This document shows, piece after piece, positions 63,601 through 64,000 of a DNA stretch of 64,000 nucleotides. Source of the DNA: Dictyostelium discoideum (lineage: Eukaryota). The position numbers and the translations under genes were made by a program. How positions within the stretch are numbered: position 1 is the first letter of the stretch; each line of letters begins with the position of its first letter. The stretch covers positions 4,832,001-4,896,000 of the forward strand of contig CM000153.2 in the NCBI GenBank assembly GCA_000004695.1, given 5' to 3'. The notes under the pieces were generated by a model, which ran no database searches, was not told where the DNA came from, and saw only the letters and a list, made by a program, of their open reading frames with translations.

Positions 63601-64000
63601 TGTAAATGAATTTTCATATTTTCCATTGGTGCCATTGTCTTATCATGATATTGCCAACCATTTGAAATAATGATTTTACCCAACTCCATAATTAAAGAAT
63701 TCTTTGATCTAGTTGCTTGTGGTATAACTAAAACTGGTGTTTCAACAACAATATCTAATTTCATCTTTGGTATATGTTTATTTGTATTTTGTTGAAGTGA
63801 TGTTAATAATTTTTTATTCTTTTCAAGATCTAATTCTCTTTCACTCTTTTCATGATTATCATCAGATCTTGGTGTTGATGTTGATGATGATGAAGATTGT
63901 TGTTCATTTAATTTTGAATCAATTGATTTTGATTTTTCAATTGATTTATTATTATTATTGCTATCATCTTGTTTTAAAATTGGATCTAACATACCACCTA
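57609..64000 (-). CDS. VPS13-family lipid-transfer protein, C-terminal 2127+ aa (partial). The ORF is open to the window end and the 5' end lies beyond it.
   Basis: Continuous 6.4-kb ORF. The C-terminal region '…FVEPAQGLVKSPADFTKGLAKGTSSFVKNSVFGTFNTLSKLTGTLGTGVATLSFDEKYLQERKL' is typical of the VPS13/ATG2 C-terminal domains and is followed by a PH-like tail. Size and composition fit VPS13. Confidence 0.7.
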   Translation of the reverse strand, partial: GGMLDPILKQDDSNNNNKSIEKSKSIDSKLNEQQSSSSSTSTPRSDDNHEKSERELDLEKNKKLLTSLQQNTNKHIPKMKLDIVVETPVLVIPQATRSKNSLIMELGKIIISNGWQYHDKTMAPMENMKIHLQDANITILSDNRSSYFLEKLTIDLGISKFLVPNTDPEVEDQTIDLSISHFAFYLDENQYRFFLGLSQNVQKELDLANKEVQEIKKLSNMGDPFEMGRITSNDMQYFTEQEVIQKMGKVLLRIHLVLDYVSFKISSLDAQGEIAHFIVRGIDVDVKNTDKNKTNIQLSMKSILLSDTRSNSTNIFKNLLENKVNTESVAPFLQVGYIRDNLLGDQYINVNINNTCLFLSPTPLLMISEFFMVPLSEQHDTNNMDVDLDLDLESLESELNSLMDPSIEKDDNDLQQQQQQSSSSSFIPSQQQQQQKVRSQSIIGQNRSRTSSIGGKESKTISSSISNNSLSSYPQEAGMEDEEEKEIFRSPTITFTATLVPSVTLVEDETLSTTRCLMLKTRVGVQFRRDPHGIENATVVIENTKVNIYKPSSTESENQGSRPIQILKPIEMITIKYIKENLTSTEWKQDIGISCTAMKVFFSYDDVKAILKILNNITTNLQKQQEQQKKRQLSFDNMASSSTSLPSLNKSTNSFQTSTSGNSNSGKKDEELFTNNEKLRFSCPNVSVLFINESPEMYIPIIELFFADIEASAMNWSTDLESKASMSIKGDYFNETNMKFEPVIEDWSFSVDLKKNRTGKIKGSFLATRELLNINVSHSLLQTISSAMIHVEKIDQMDAANLSSSLNASNLTTSTGSNNSSTSGSGLVQSFNGPSVLNKYLPGGEKNDSKISFHSHWISNQTGVTLEYHIPKVDSEMFQLTESSEPVSLPMKISKSRDATMGEHLNIELFIQGSKISNLSMDAVGYRIYRIGSTNEFITCEVRLRPDGSKCCYIKSMDQFENNTSLNLELKCQENGSPFSIAKHSKFSLPILVSKDLCKFWIKLENSPYWSDPIDIYKLPDHENSKLFKLQTVDKVGMFVSLVHKTIANRNCDRFNNTFKFFPPIQIENILPYPFKLSIPGTTIDKVNMGSGEKIDCHYYQPGSNLVAIVSELENFPETKHTLVSGDATSPTFTKTFKLQQNNREISLDIERTELIKGVRTLSFYCQYWLVNNSLLPIEVKLSDNQVLLVPPNLPDQLPRPPVLYSNNTIRARIPLQAEQPMNKSFCEKFPISAVGNPNTIFLTNPTRTYELSYKVDFCPNERFRLSKTVTFVPKNVICNDLPFPILVAQCVSTIDGIDKMALNFSGSGLSSSSGSNGKGVSNPVRLLGELRLDPGEYKPFHWEENVENKKISIRPITNEKNPQEWRWSGGFFVDSISDYVVKSRNTERPDHDSLLFHVNIKEKQGTHFIRIPLSSKESPPYIIQNDTQFKISFFQRDSPENIDYIEPKEKLCYGWDEPSAEYVLSVAVEGKTLKKRINVNKIKGYKLQHERTDLYITITIDGPSRVLLFSTNEKKFRSIKAWTDNKAVNLSQSQSEYHFNIRCSGIGCSIIDKTPKELAYISMKDFLIIATQSSIENTVEVKLAELQIDNQLIKTDFPVLIHTVSPDKEHRKDFLHAVIIKSTIDNIDYFRYFSTLIQEMTIELEDHWIKEVLDFVDSIPSFGRGNNASNNNNNNGMTSSQMRQSGSGLDSLTSTLYNAVSIEPPTSDSSTIKMVYFALLVLNPIKINLTLALQNDGLIKSNHKILSLVEGLGLSLTRLDRAPITLQGLLMEHPFTSRSTIIDKIKTSYIQQALRQFYNILGSVDFLGNPVGLFRNFGTGVHDFFVEPAQGLVKSPADFTKGLAKGTSSFVKNSVFGTFNTLSKLTGTLGTGVATLSFDEKYLQERKLHQARKPSHVGEGLAMGGIGLGRGILQGITGIVTKPVEGAKKGGFAGFAKGLAQGVVGVAVKPTTAVIDLATKTTEGIKNTTNLQSQAERVRPPRCFSHDNVLRPFDEVESEGWFLLKTAHKGKHASDSYIWHHIINQECTIIISDHRIILSKSKKNFLHSSFLFQIPFKFIKSNEMVDDGVLLEFDPPQNLGLLDRDVKSKVIPVDDPNVNMLLNMKLSHALKKFHDNNPNLSNSSSIKY

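Noticed and set aside
1-64000. A prokaryotic defence, toxin or mobile-element 'system'
   Set aside because: Introns, the eukaryotic tRNA architecture, GPI and signal peptides, and homologues of COG7, VPS13, CARMIL and TVP23 show this is a eukaryotic chromosome segment. No transposase, integrase or restriction-like ORFs were seen.

Overview
This window is eukaryotic nuclear DNA, with none of the hallmarks of a prokaryotic locus. The evidence: extreme AT-richness; coding poly-N/poly-Q/poly-S tracts from (AAT)n/(CAA)n repeats; short AT-rich introns with GTAAGT/GTATGT/GTAAAT donors and (T)nAG acceptors; 12–13-nt first exons; and a tRNA-Tyr gene carrying an intron and a downstream extra B-box. All of these match Dictyostelium discoideum-type chromosomes. 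There is no CRISPR array, operon structure or defence island, and I found no single undescribed system. The unusual structure lies in three tandem gene-family arrays and a DNA-level coding minisatellite.

Gene content runs at about one gene per 2.2 kb, on both strands:
- an ABCC/MRP ABC transporter (partial, minus strand, at the window start);
- a 1562-aa type-I surface protein with LRR-like, 11 EGF-like (40-aa) and IPT/TIG modules;
- a small ACP-fold protein;
- a CARMIL homologue;
- an intron-containing tRNA-Tyr;
- an array of six hssA/2C/7E-family small genes, of which at least one is defective;
- 5-hydroxyisourate hydrolase;
- an arrestin-domain plus FYVE protein (AdcA-like);
- an ArfGAP-PH protein;
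- an RNB-domain (RNase II family) exoribonuclease;
- a multi-RGS-domain protein;
- a Rit1-like initiator-tRNA phosphoribosyltransferase;
- TVP23;
- COG7;
- an RMC1/Mic1-like protein;
- two tandem Stealth-family (GlcNAc-1-phosphotransferase-like) paralogues;
- an RMDN/FAM82-like TPR protein;
- five tandem, near-identical PsA/ponticulin-like GPI-anchored surface-protein genes;
- the C-terminal 2127+ aa of a VPS13-family protein, running off the window end.

Splice junctions were inferred by eye and checked for reading-frame consistency. Exact boundaries are approximate in several places.
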